Shown here: one piece after another, positions 12,465 to 24,554 of the stretch
Layout: the number at the start of each line of letters is the position of its first letter
Position numbering within the stretch: position 1 is the stretch's first letter
Source: Paraspadella gotoi
Taxonomy: Eukaryota > Animalia > Chaetognatha
Assembly (NCBI GenBank): GCA_051294375.1
Contig: JBJCIZ010000408.1
Coordinates: 24,148-88,147, forward strand
Direction: 5' to 3'
Length of the DNA stretch: 64,000 nucleotides
Program-made: the position numbers and the translations under genes
Notes under the pieces: generated by a model
Told to the model about the DNA's origin: nothing
What the model saw: only the letters and a program-made list of their open reading frames with translations
The model's database searches: none

Positions 12465-13761
12465 TAGTCGGATCTGCTTTCAGCAGATCCCAACTCTATA
12501 ATTCACTTTGTCGGTCCGTCGGTCCGTCCCCTCAATCTTGTCGGGCATTCACTTATATCATGTCAGAACATCGAATTATGATAAATTATGCAAAAAAAAC
12601 AATGTCCGTCCGTCCGTCCGTCCGTCCATCCCACCTTAGCAAAAAACACCAATTACTCGTAATTGGATGGATGGATTGGAATGAAATTTTGTGTGTGGGT
12701 AGTGAAGTGTGTGATTGAGCTGGATATGAAATTTCGATGGAATCGTTCAAGTGGAAATGAGTTTAAATGGAAAAAACAAAAAAATATATTTCACTATTTA
12801 AACACCAATTACTCATGAGTGGATGGGGCGATTGACTTGAAATTTTGTATTTGAGAGGAAAAGTGTGTGATTAAACTGGAAATCTAGTTTCGATGGAATC
12901 GTTTGAGTGGAAATGAGTTTAAAGAGAAAAAACCAAAATCTTGTTTCACTAATTAATTAATTAATTTAATTAGATTAATTAATCTAATTAATTCATTTTT
13001 TTTATTTAAAATCATTTCCACTCATACCGAACTTTATATCAAGCTTCGTCACACATTTTCCTACCCACACACAAAATTTGAACTCAATCTATCCATCCAC
13101 ATTATGATTAATTAGAGTATTTATTGTTAAAATATGTAAAATGATTTTAGTAAATCGACTTATGTTTTTTCCATTTAAACTCATATCCAGTCACACGATT
13201 CCTCGAAACTTTATATCCAGCTTCATCACAAAATTTCATTCCGATCCAACCAGCCAATCACGAGTTATTGGGGCTTTTTGCTAAGGTGGGACGGATGGAC
13301 GGATTGATTGACTGATTAATTAATTAGTGATTAATTAATTGACTAATTGATTAATTAACTGATTAATTATTTGATTTATTAATACATCCTGCATATACAT
13401 TTAATATAAAAGGAAAAAAATCATAATAATTAGTGAAACAGGTTTTTTGTTTTTTCTCATTTAAACTCATTTCCACTCAAACGATTCCATCGAAACTTTG
13501 TTCCTGTTCAATCACACACTTTCCTCTCAAATACAAAATTTCAAGTCAATAGCCCGCATCCAATCACGAGTAATTGGTGTTTTTTGCTAAGGTGGGACGA
13601 ACGGATGGACGGATGGACGGACATAATTTTTTTGGATAATTTATCATAATTCGATGTTCTGACATGATATAAGTTAGTGCCCGACAATATTGAGGGGGTG
13701 GACCGACGGACCGACAAGGTGAATTATAGATTCGGGATCTGCTAATAAGCAGATCCGACTA
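12465..13761. mobile_element. 1.3-kb imperfect palindrome formed by two inverted 5' portions of HINE family 1
   Basis: Starts TAGTCGGATCTGC after a T-run and ends GCAGATCCGACTA before an A-run; left ~490 bp on +, right ~790 bp on -, meeting in a (TTAA)n-rich patch near 12950-13000. Confidence 0.85.
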
Positions 13762-13763
13762 AA

Positions 13764-14070
13764 AATGGGATTGAGGTGCTCAAAGGCTGACCCGGAAACT
13801 CCCCAAAATGTCTGGTCAAGGATGAAAAGGGATATTTTACAGTATAACGCTATGACTGTCAACAAAATCACAAAAATTTTAAAATATATTTGGTGAGCTG
13901 AACCCTTCATATTTGAGCAGCTTCTTCGACTCTCTCCCTCATTGCAGGGAGGTGATGCTGGAAGCAAATGATGGTCTGACAATGTATTAACTAACTGAGT
14001 CCTATAAAACTATAAACTATAAACTATATCCTTTAAACTAACTATTAAACTTTTTTTGAGCAGATCTTTA
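13764..14070 (+). pseudogene. Degenerate Tc1-type transposase C-terminal fragment with probable right TIR
   Basis: With frameshifts: NGIEVLKG*PGNSP..NVWSRMKRDI...ILKYIW.ELNPSYLSSFFDSLP...VMLEANDGLTMY*, corresponding to the Tc1 motifs WPxxSPDLNPIENxW and LxxSMPxRxxAVxxAxGxxTKY; AACTTTTTTTGAGCAGATC then TA near 14048-14072. Confidence 0.75.
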
Positions 14071-14488
14071 TAGTTAGTTAATGCAAAATTTAATCAATGT
14101 CATTCTAGTAGTTTGATCGAAACCGATTCTCGGTACAAAAAAAGGAAGATCATTTTCTAATATGAGGCCCTTTGTAATTTATTCTCTCCCAGAAAAACTG
14201 GTTTCCCTATTAATCAAGTGAGCTACTTCAATTGTTGAAATGGACCGCTCCCTTATTATATTATTATCTTATTAATAAAAAAAATCACTTAATGTACAAA
14301 ACTTATCTGCTAACAAAAAAAAACAAATTTTTAACAACCAGACAGCCTCACTTTATGCTCAATTTGAGTTTTATTGTGGTCAGTTTATTTTAATGGTTTT
14401 AACATGTGGCAGGGACAATGTGAAACCAAATAAAGAAAGTCATTTTGCGATATGTAGTATAATTTGAGATTTTGTTTAAGTCTAATTA

Positions 14489-14940
14489 GGACTAAGCTCT
14501 GACGAAAAAAGCCAGAGGTTTTTTTAATATATTCTTTTACTGGCCAATGTAGAATGATGGTAATATTGCTATTGTTAAGTTTCCAAAAAATCCAACCATA
14601 AATATAGAAAATATTAACCAAAATATTCAGAAAATCCACCCCTTCTTTGGAAGATTTTCGCCATAGAAAATTTGTCCTGAACCTGACTCCCGGTTGAAAT
14701 AAAATGTAAAGAAAAATTTTGAGAGCCTTTCAGACATATGGCTATTGGATTCCTTAATTTTAAGTTTATTGTAAAATCACATATGTTAAATGCGTTTACA
14801 TTGTATAGAAGTTGAGAAATCCCTTTGTTTTATATATAAAAATTGCGTTGAAAATATTTTTCAGAGTGGACCAGTTCATTTAAATCTGATAGTTTAATAT
14901 CATAATGATGGTTATTTGACAAGAGAAAAAAAATGGCAAG
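14489..14940 (-). mobile_element. Non-autonomous DNA-transposon-like repeat family B (partial)
   Basis: Reverse complement of 63470-64000 and of 21680-22126; terminus TA-GGACTAAGCTCTGACG; stops abruptly at ~14940 where the GC-rich island begins. Confidence 0.75.
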
Positions 14941-14944
14941 TGAA

Positions 14945-17900
14945 TCAGTGAGAGGATAAGGCGGGCCGGTAATCGCACAAGGAGCGTTGAGAAAGAAGCT
15001 GCGAGACAGGCGTGCCCCTGCAGGCCGTTGCTAGGAACCCTGATCGAAGGTTAGAGGAAACCGAGCAACGAAATGGACAGATTAGTGCGCCGCAAGCAGA
15101 GATGTGGGAGGAGAAACGGGATGAAAGAACCCTGCAGGGTGTTAATAAAAGGATGGCTAATGGAAGGGGCTCTGAACAAGGCCCAAGCACCGGAGCGGTA
15201 TATGTCCCGGCTATGAGAATCAATGATTATGCATCCTTACCAGACGGAGTTTAGTTCTGGCATGACGGAAGTCCTCGTGTGCAGAAAATGGACTGAAGTG
15301 CGAGTGGACCGGTCCAAGTAATGAAAGGCTCATACTTTTACGCCTCGAGTGCGATGGGCAGAGGGATCTGGGGTGTGAGTTTGAATGTACTATTACAATG
15401 CTCATGACTTCAGGGAATCGCGGTGGGTTCACAGGATGGCGGACTGTAATCTAAGAGGATAGTAGCTATTGAGGTAGTTAGGTGGAGTGCACGGCTGATG
15501 TCGATCATAAGGAGAGTATGTAATATGCACCGATTGTCACAATATTCTGTGGCCGACGGAGGAGATAAACCATCTCCCGGGGCCCAGCGCACCTTGGTAG
15601 TGCCAGAGATCAAAGCTTCGGTTTTTAAATCGAACGAGTAGCTATGGACATTAAGGTAATGGACAAAACATCGAGGCAGCTGGTTTTTGTAGCAATCTTG
15701 AAGCTAGGGATAAGTGGATTATTTTAAAATCCAGATTTGTGGGTCACTGACAAATTATTGGAAGAATACACAGGAACAGGCTGAGGAAGTGTAAACGGCA
15801 TAATATGGACAACTGGTGTTGCCTATCCTTTGGCGCCAGTTTTGCCACATACGGGATTTGGCGTGCAATTCCGCCGGCTTCCAAAAGGGCAAAAATCGCC
15901 AATCTTTTCAAAAATTGGATGGGAATTCACAAAAGCCATACTGTCCTCTTTGCCATCCTCAAGAGTGATGGTTTGGGCAGAAGACAGATCCCGTCGAACC
16001 TAAACAACACTTTTGTATAACAATCCTATGGAGGTTGAGGCCCGAGTCAGGAGAGAATTGGGTGGTGAAGGAACATCTGATCTGTGGGGAGTTGACCCGG
16101 AAGGTTTCGGTTTTGCCATGAATGCCTTACTGCTTGTAAAATTCACAGGGTCAGGTCCATTTTCGAGGTCATTGGACAGGATGAGGACATGACAATGAAT
16201 CGCCTCCAAGTTGTGTTGCGGCTTTCCGTTGGTAAAGTGGAACGTACTGTGTTACATGAGGATTTGCACTTGGGGCAATCGAAGGGTTACGCAGGTTTTG
16301 TTGCAATCGGACAGTCTTAAAAGCGCAGTTGCACAAACCTCACTGACGTTAGAAAAAACTGTCTCGACAAAGGGCTTATATGATTTGCCGTGCTAGTACT
16401 TCGCTACTTTTCAAAGAATGGAGATAAGTACTATGATCGAAAATTTTAATAATTCAGCCTCCATACGTCCCGAATCTTTTTAGCGCCCGCACAGTTCTAC
16501 AACGAACCCTTTGTCATCACTAGGACTGAGTGATGTCACTATACGGTCATACTGTACCACCAGCTGACAAGGGTGGACGGAACTCGGGCGGAACAATGGC
16601 CACGACAGAATGGAATCGGCCGTGTGTCCACCTGGCGCATATGCAGGATCAAATTGACTGGAGGATTATTCCGGTCGAATCACTTACCGCGAAGAAGTTG
16701 AGGGAAGCGGATCAAAATCAAGAGACCTTTCCGGCGAGAGAAAAGTCGCGTTCGTGCTAACGATATGATCTACTATAATGAACGAAATGAACGGCGATCT
16801 TGGTTTTAGAGTGATGGCTTGACTAGTCGAGTAAATAAATTAAATAGAAGGTTGGACCCAAAATAAGAAAAAATATGAAAGAGATAAAATTAAAGCCAAT
16901 AAAAAAGACAGTAAGATCAGAAAACATAAACATAACGGCAAAACAGTAAACGCAAACAGAACCAGTAAGAGGCAATTGGGGGTAAAAATTCGCATTCGCC
17001 ATATAACTAAATAAAATAATAACTGGTGTCACATGCAAATAATAATAACGAGTAATTAACTTCGCTAGATAATAATAACAAGATCTTGAAACAAGAAGAG
17101 ATAGAATATTTAAAGAAAGAATAAGATTAGGGGGATCGCCCGGCCGCTGCGTCTCAGTGGAGCGACGAGGAGGTCGTAGGAGGTGGTACGGCGCTGGGGG
17201 CGGCGTAGCGGTGGGCGGGCGGCGGGTGGGAGGTCCACGACGGACTTCGACGTTTCTGGCCCCCCGCCCCTCCTGAGGAGTCATCCTCAGGCGAAGTCCT
17301 ATAGCCGCTCGGATTCGGCCGAGGGTTTCGGGCGAAGCCAACGCCGACTGAGGTGGTGGAGAAAGAAGTGGCGTCGTAGTGGGCGTTTCGATGAAAAGCT
17401 TTCGACGCCGGCAGAGCGGCGTAGAGTAGGACAGCGAGGAGGACGAAGGAGTAGCCGTAGAGGCCGCCGCCCTGGGTTCGCGATGAACCAAATCATTCTG
17501 AGAAAAAGGAAAGAACGTAAAAATCAGTTTTTAACGCTAAAGGTAAGTAGTAAACTAAAGATCTAGAAAAAGGTCCAACTCATTACCGGAAGGGACTTTC
17601 GGAGTGAGTCAGGCGGGAAAGAAAACGGCGGCATAGAGACGGCGGCAGTTGTGATGGGGAGAGCGGAAAGGGGCGTGACGCCCCGAACGATACCAGCGTA
17701 CCAAACGGTGTCGAGAGAGACGGAAGCAGGCGAGCGAAGGTCGTAAGATTCGTCAAAAGCGTGCAAGGCGATTCCGACTAGCTCCGAATAAGAAGAAGGA
17801 TAAAATAAAAACGTTCGCGCAACAGTCGCTAAAAAAAAATATAATATACGATAGAGAGGACAAATAAAATCGTCGATAGTCTCCTTCGTCGTCGTCGTCA

Positions 17901-20900
17901 CCGCCTAGTCGTCGTCGCCGCCTTCGTCGTCGTCGTCGTAGCGGTCGTCGTCGTCGTTGCGTCGAGGGTAGAGAGAAAGGTTCGACCAAGATGATATGAA
18001 GGTCGTAACCAGCTCCGCGCTGAAGGAAAAATTAAAAAGAAAAACAAAAAAAATAAAATCGACGGAAAAAAATGGCCATCATGATAAAGGATCATTAGGA
18101 AGATAAAGACGAATTGTACCTATGTTGTGATTACAACGACGGATTTCCGTCGTGGCTGTGGGGCCCGTGGGAGTCGGGTGGGGCCACGTTGAGGGAGATC
18201 CTCCGGGACTTATCCCCTCCCATAAGAAAGGCATATCGGTGAGGAGCTGGGTTCATCTCCAGGGGCCGTAGGGATGGAGCCGTTAGGTGATAGAGAGGGT
18301 GGGGAAAAGAAAAAGGACATTGGTAGAAGGAGGCTCAGGAGGAGGTGCTGCCGGGAAGGGTGGCAAGAAGGCTCCCACCATTGGTCAGGCCAGGGGTCAA
18401 CATGCTGACTTAGGGCGACTCCTCTGGATGAGCATCGTCGACCCAATGGATGGTCGGGTGTCGAGGGGAACGCCATAGAGGGGGAGAGGGACAGAGCTTT
18501 CAGGGAAGAGGCTATCCGAGGAGGAGGCAGTCTTCAGGAGACCGGAGGCCGTGGTGGATAATCTCCGCCACCGCCTCAGCACATTAGTGGCCTTCAGGTA
18601 AGAATGGCGGGCGGATTCGGCAGCAGGTTAAGGAAAGAAAGGCAGGGTCTATGGAGAATAAGGAAACCCAGGTTAGGAGCTTCAGGGCAGAGCTTACTGG
18701 TTTGAAAGGGCACCCGGAAATGGAAGGGGAGATTGGCATTGGGTTTAAATGGTATAGAAGCGAACATTAATGTTAAGATTAGGTCTCGGGATCCGAGCCA
18801 AAGAATGGGTAGGCTCGGTAGGAGGAGTTATAAAGCATTGATATTTACGTTTGGGGGATCTCTGTGATCCCTTACCCCCAGGCCTTTTCTGGCCTTGAGA
18901 AGGGAGTGGAGGGGGGATTCCGGAAACCTAAAAACGGGATCTGGACCCTGAGAAACACTCCATGTCCAGGAAAAGGTTGAGAACGTGGTTAGGGAATGGA
19001 TATTGGCCGGGTTAGAATGGTTAAAAGGGACTAGATCTGAATTCAGGTGAATGAGACCTTAGATCCCTTCAGAGGAAGGGAGGCCTCACTGTTCGTTTAG
19101 TAAACCAGAGGGTGAGAGAATAGGGAATGTCAGACCAGGCCCAAGATGGGTCTAGAAAGAAAGTGAGGGTTGATCGTCTCTGTCACCCCAAGAAAACCGA
19201 CGGGGGCAAGTTTTGGGGGAAGTCGTACGCTGGAAAAACCGGCCCGGGACCAGCGAAGGAGGACCGACTCCGGAAGGGAGGAGAGATGGCCTTGGCACTG
19301 GATCGCGCGACGGCGTCGATTGGTGGAAAACTAGGAAAAGGATAAGAAGATAGAATAAAAAATTAATGATTTGATAATTAATTAATTGATTGATTAACAA
19401 TATGAAAAAGACAGAATTTTGGAAAAACATTACACTGTAAAGTTTTTAGAAACGATAAGGATAACGAATAAAAATCAGAACTTACCCAGCTGGAGGATTT
19501 TCCCCATTGAAGAGCTCGTAGGGATCCATGATCTCAAAAGGTACAAACAGAAGGTCGGCAGGGCGTGGAAGTCCAGCGGGGAAGGGCATGTTGACGTCAT
19601 GGTGATAGCCCATAATCCAAGGGGAGCGGTGGAAAATCCACTGCTCCCATCGGATCTGGCGCTTCGCCGCCCTCCGTAGACAGGCGCGAGGATGGAGGAA
19701 CGGATGACGAGTGCCCGCACCAGGAGTGTTGAGTGCGCCGGGGAAGGAGGCTCAAGTAGCTTCTTGAACCCCGATACACCCCTGAGGTTTTCCAGCGGTC
19801 CGGAAGGGGATCCCTGTCGACACGCCAGCCAGTGTGGAAAGACGGGCAGCCGTGCGACGTCGGCAAGCGAAAGAAAAATAAAACAAAGAAGAAATCAAAA
19901 CTAAATTAAATTAAATCTAAGCAAAATATTTCAAATAAAGAAAGAAATAATCAAATCGGAATAACTCGACAAGGGGAAAACTCACCAGAGTTCCGTGTCG
20001 TTGTCGAGCGGGACACGTAGACGACTCGTGGTGGATCCCCACAATCTAGGGGGCATCTCTTCAATGACGAAGAGTGGATCAACCACACTGGCAATCGGCT
20101 CGTTCGCGGGCGGCAAGAGGCTACCGCCCATAGTGAGTTCGTCGTGAAAGGCGAAGTCCAGCGCAAGGACTTCCGCATGAAGCTGACGAGTGCCCGGCCA
20201 GAAGGGACCGGGCGCGGCCGGAATAAATAAGGAAAAGACGAAACAGGAACCAACGAGTTGGTTGGATCCTGGATTTCCACAGCGTTGATTAGGCCGTTGG
20301 TGAGGAGAGCAGGCGGCCGGTTTGGCAGAGCAGTCGAGAGGGAGCGTGGCTCCCTCTCATTGAGGACTCTGGATGATGAGGGCCGCCCACTAAACTAGTC
20401 CCGTTTGCAATGGGTACTGAGAAAGCAGACGCAATAAAAGGAATAACAACATAGAAATAGCGGAAAAATTTAAAAGCTAAAATCCAAGAGCACGAAAAGC
20501 ACCGACGGGTTTTAAATATAATAATTAATAATAAACGAGTTCTAAATTTCACAATTAATTGATATTATTGATATCTATATTATCCTTGGAATATTTAATC
20601 AACAAATATTATGTGTGTTCAGTTTATAGTACAAGTTTTAACTATAAGTTACGTGTACTAGCCACAAAAATTTCAACGTAAAGTTGTCTAATGAAATTTC
20701 ATGTGAATTATCTATTCGGTATGCTTTACATTTCACATTGATATTGTAAAATGTTATAATGTAATTTGCATGTAATTGACAAAATTAACTTACATAGAAA
20801 AAGACCCAAGGAGGCCGAGGAGAAGAGCGTAGGCGTAAGCAGAACCCATTTCGAGAAGAGCGAGAGAAAAGGGAGAAAAAATGGGAAATTTTAGTGAGGT

Positions 20901-21350
20901 GCGGATAGAGAGGAGGAAAGCCGTGAATAAAAGAAAGTGACCCTTACCGTTGTTAAATAGTATCACTTCTCCATTGAGATGTCCCTGGCGGCCCGCACGG
21001 GAGACCCGTCCAACAACATGAAGGAGTGAGGACATTGTTCATGAATGAGGTAAAGGGGGTAACAGGGATTACATAACAAAAACCCCCCATTTTTTCCCTT
21101 TGTGGGGTCGCCCTGGGGGTTTTTTTTTACACTTTTATCCAAAGTGCTGCGAGGCAAAGCTTTTGTTTTTGGGGGGGAGGTGTAACGAATCAAACTAAGA
21201 AGAAAGAAAGAGAGAGAAAGAGGGTGCGCCGTCGCCGTTCACGCTCAATTGGCTCCATCAAGAGCTGCCGGGCCACCCGGCCCCCCCCCGATGCAGGAGG
21301 AAGGGAGAGAAAATGCCTCCTTTACAGCTAAACTCAGGTGACAGGAAAAG
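14945..21350 (-). other. GC-rich multi-exon gene-like island of unknown identity: Pro/Ser/Thr-rich exons plus ~1.7-kb Cys-rich glycoprotein-like 3' segment; frames broken
   Basis: Minus-strand GT..AG introns with polypyrimidine tracts at 20793-20417, 19485-19331, 18119-18020 and 17586-17498; further donors at 20947, 19985, 16687 and an acceptor at 21195. Fragments include GFCYVIPVTPFTSFMNNVLTPSCCWTGLPCGPP, TTTTTATTTTTKAATTT, DCPKCKSSCNSTF, DFCPFGSRRNCTPNPVCGK, NTSCPYYAVYTSSACSCV. No family recognised. Confidence 0.55.
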
Positions 21351-21384
21351 AATGGAAAAGAGGAACAAAACGGAAGAGAGGCGA

Positions 21385-21392
21385 TTATATAA
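21385..21392 (-). promoter_or_regulatory. Candidate TATA box for the minus-strand island
   Basis: GCTTATATAA in GC-richer context at the upstream edge of the island, with an Inr-like CCATTC about 30 bp downstream. Confidence 0.35.
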
Positions 21393-21679
21393 GCACCGGC
21401 GGAAAGAGAAGGATGGAACCAAGCCACCAGCTACCAGCAGAAAGTGGAAAGTAAAAATAGGACTTCTGTCCAAAACTCAACACAACATAAGAATAAAATG
21501 TTATGCTATTCCTGATATTTAAACTGATCAATTAACCTTTTGTAAACTTTCTGTTGGTCAAAGAAATAAACACCAAAATAACCTCCACACAAATTTTTCT
21601 TCTGAAACAACTACCCAAAAATCAAGATCGAATCCTCTAAGCTAGCGAGTTGTTTGTAGCTTACATGCTACAATAAATA

Positions 21680-23430
21680 TAGGGATTTTTTTCAACTTCA
21701 ATACAATGTCAACGCATTTAACATATGTTGTAATTTTACAATCAACTTTGAATTCAGGAATCCGATAGCCATATGTCTGAAAGGCCCTCAAAATTTTTCT
21801 TTACATTTTATTTAGTTATTTCAATATTGATATGATCATGGTAAAGTGAATTAGTCATTTTGGTGAAATTTTTATTGAAAGTAAAAGTAAAAGAGAGCTA
21901 ACAATCGAATTTAAAGAGTTTTCAACGGGAGTCAGATTCGGGAAATATCTTCTATAGGCGAAAATCTTCCAAAGAAGGGTGGATTTTCCAAAGATTTTGT
22001 TAATATTTTCTATATTTATGGTTGGATTTTTTTTGAAACTTAATATTTAACAATATTGCCATCATTCTACCTTGGCTGGTATAAGAATATATTAAAAAAA
22101 CCTCGGGCTTTTGTTTCGTCAGAGCTNNNNNNNNNNNNNNNNNNNNNNNNNAATGCCCATGTTTCGCAGGAGATGCAACAGACATTGGCAAATCTAGTGT
22201 TTTTATATCTATTTAGCGAGTCTACATTGTTCTCAGAAATTGAGGAAGACTTTTTCAATGGAGATTTTTTGCTAAAATCTGACTACCAACCAATGTAAAC
22301 GCTCAGCGTAAAAATTCAGGTAAAAAATAGATGTAAAAACACTCGTTCCGATCTGTGTTGCATCTGAAGCTTGCATTTTTTTCTGACAGGAAATAACCAT
22401 CATCTTTTGACATCAAACCAATCCTGATTCAAATGGACTGGTCCGCTCGGAAAAATATTTTAACATCCGATTTTTATATATAAACCTTACGGATTTTTCA
22501 ACTTCAATCCAATGTCAACGCATTTAACATATGTTGTAATTTTAGAGCTTAATCCTACTATTGTTAAATTTTAAAAAAATCCGACCATAAAAATAAAAAA
22601 TATTAACCAAAATCTTTGAAAAATCCACCTCTTTAACCAGGCGCAGGTCCAGATTCGACGGAAAAATTCTTCTATGTGCAAAAATCTTTCAAATAAGAGG
22701 TTGGCATTTCAAAAGATTTTGGTTAATATTTTTATATTTATGAATCGCGATTTTAAAATTTAACACATTAGTAGTTAAGCTCTGACGAACAAAGCCCGAG
22801 GTTTTTTTAAGTATGATTCTATATACTAGCCAAGGCTAGAATGATGGCAATATTTCCTTAATATTAAGTTTCTAAAAAAATCCACCATAAATATAAAAAT
22901 ATTAACCAAAATCTTTGAAAAATCCACCTCTTATTTGAAAGATTTTTGCCATAGAAGATTTTTCCTGAATCTGACTTCCTGGTTAAAAACGCTTAGAATT
23001 CGATTGTTTAGCTTCTCTTTTACTTTTACTTTAAATAAAAATTTTACCAAAATGGACTAATTCACTTTACCATGGTTGTATCATATTAAAATAACTAAAT
23101 AAAATGTAGAGTCAGTTCTGGAAAAATCTTCTATGGCGGAAAATCTTCCAAAGAAAGGTGTGATTTTCCAAAGATTTTGATTAATATTTTTTATTATATG
23201 ATCGGATTTTTTTAAAACTAACAATAGCAATATTGCTATCATTCTACATTGACCAGTAAAAGAATATATTAAAAAAACCTCTGACTTTTTTCGTCAGAGC
23301 TTAGTCCTAATCTATTTTTTACCAGAATTTTTCTCAGGTGCGTTTATATTGTTTGGTAGTCAGATATGAACAAAACTCTCCATTGAAAAAATCTTCTCAA
23401 TCTCTAAGAACGACGTCAGCTCCTTGTCTA
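21680..23430. mobile_element. Cluster of family B copies rearranged as fold-backs
   Basis: Segments matching 63304-64000 in alternating orientation; palindromic blocks at ~22545-22783 and ~22776-23310; 25-N gap at 22127-22151. Confidence 0.75.
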
Positions 23431-23683
23431 ATGCTCATTTTACTGAAATAAGAATAAGTAATAAGAAATAAGAATTGGTAAATTTTGTTAAATAAGAAAT
23501 AAGAAATGGTAAATTTTGGCCCAGCTTAATATGCAAATATTTGTCGCATTTAGATTTTTTTTTACAATTCTAATAGAACATTTTAACGATATATAATCCT
23601 TTTCATAGTTGTTTGAATAGTTTGTAATGATTGAAAGAATTATAAAAAGCTCACAGGTCATTTTTTACTTGAATTATTTACAG

Positions 23684-23967
23684 GATTCCTTCGGTGTTGA
23701 CTGGACATCCATTTCACTTCCTCTCCGCATGAAATCTCCTCTGCTTCCAACATCTCCTCTTCCTTCATTCACCGTCCGATGGCGTCTTACCAACAATGAA
23801 ACCTGACAACATCGAGCGTTACGCCTCAGCAATGGCTGCGCGGCGCGGCTGCGGCTGCGACTGCGGAAAAACACAAACCTATTTCTTCTACAGCAAACCT
23901 CTGTATCGTCGCCCTCGCCAAAAATGCAGCATCCAAACATTGACAACTCAACGTCCATATTATGTGA
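23684..23967 (+). CDS. Second, indel-rich copy of the poly-Ala terminal exon (see 31885-32168)
   Basis: Lies in block 22987-24540, which is near-identical to 31180-32730; differences are mainly 1-bp indels. Confidence 0.45.
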
Positions 23968-24554
23968 AGAAAAACTTTTGTTTTAACTTGATTTAAGATT
24001 AGCAGCACATCATCTAGGTAAAACAAATTTTTTGATTCATACTTTGCTGCGAGATTGAAGAATTAATATTCCATTCGTTTCCTCACAATATATAACAATT
24101 ACAAAATTAATACAGAATCAAAACTTTTTTTGTATATAATAGATACAATTAATTTATAGCCTTAATTTCAGCTAATTTAAACGCAAATTGGAGATGCGCC
24201 CGCAGTCGGCAAAGATTTTTCTATTGGGCCAAAGAATAGTCTTGCACCTAGGGTAGGGGCTGTCCATCTAGGGGGAACAGTTTTTTCATCATTGAAACAT
24301 GAAATATACCTACAGATCTTGGTGAAAAAATTTGAGCACTGTATCGGATTGTCTGTACTAGTTATTGATTAATTAAAGACTTGGGTCTCATTTGAAAGCC
24401 ATCTTTAATTTGAGCCTCATGACAAAGTTTTGAGGTTAAATATCCGTTTAATGAAAATGGATTCTTAACTTTCATAAAACTTTCAAAATAAAAAATCTTT
24501 AAAGTATAATGATCTCGGATATTACTGTAACTGTACAGAGTGTGGATGATAGGG

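Noticed and set aside
16830-20560. Hydrophobic ORF starts read as signal peptides of an array of intronless viral genes
   Set aside because: Most hydrophobic stretches coincide with T-rich introns bounded by GT and AG, so a spliced unit is the simpler reading; 16830-17120 remains ambiguous.
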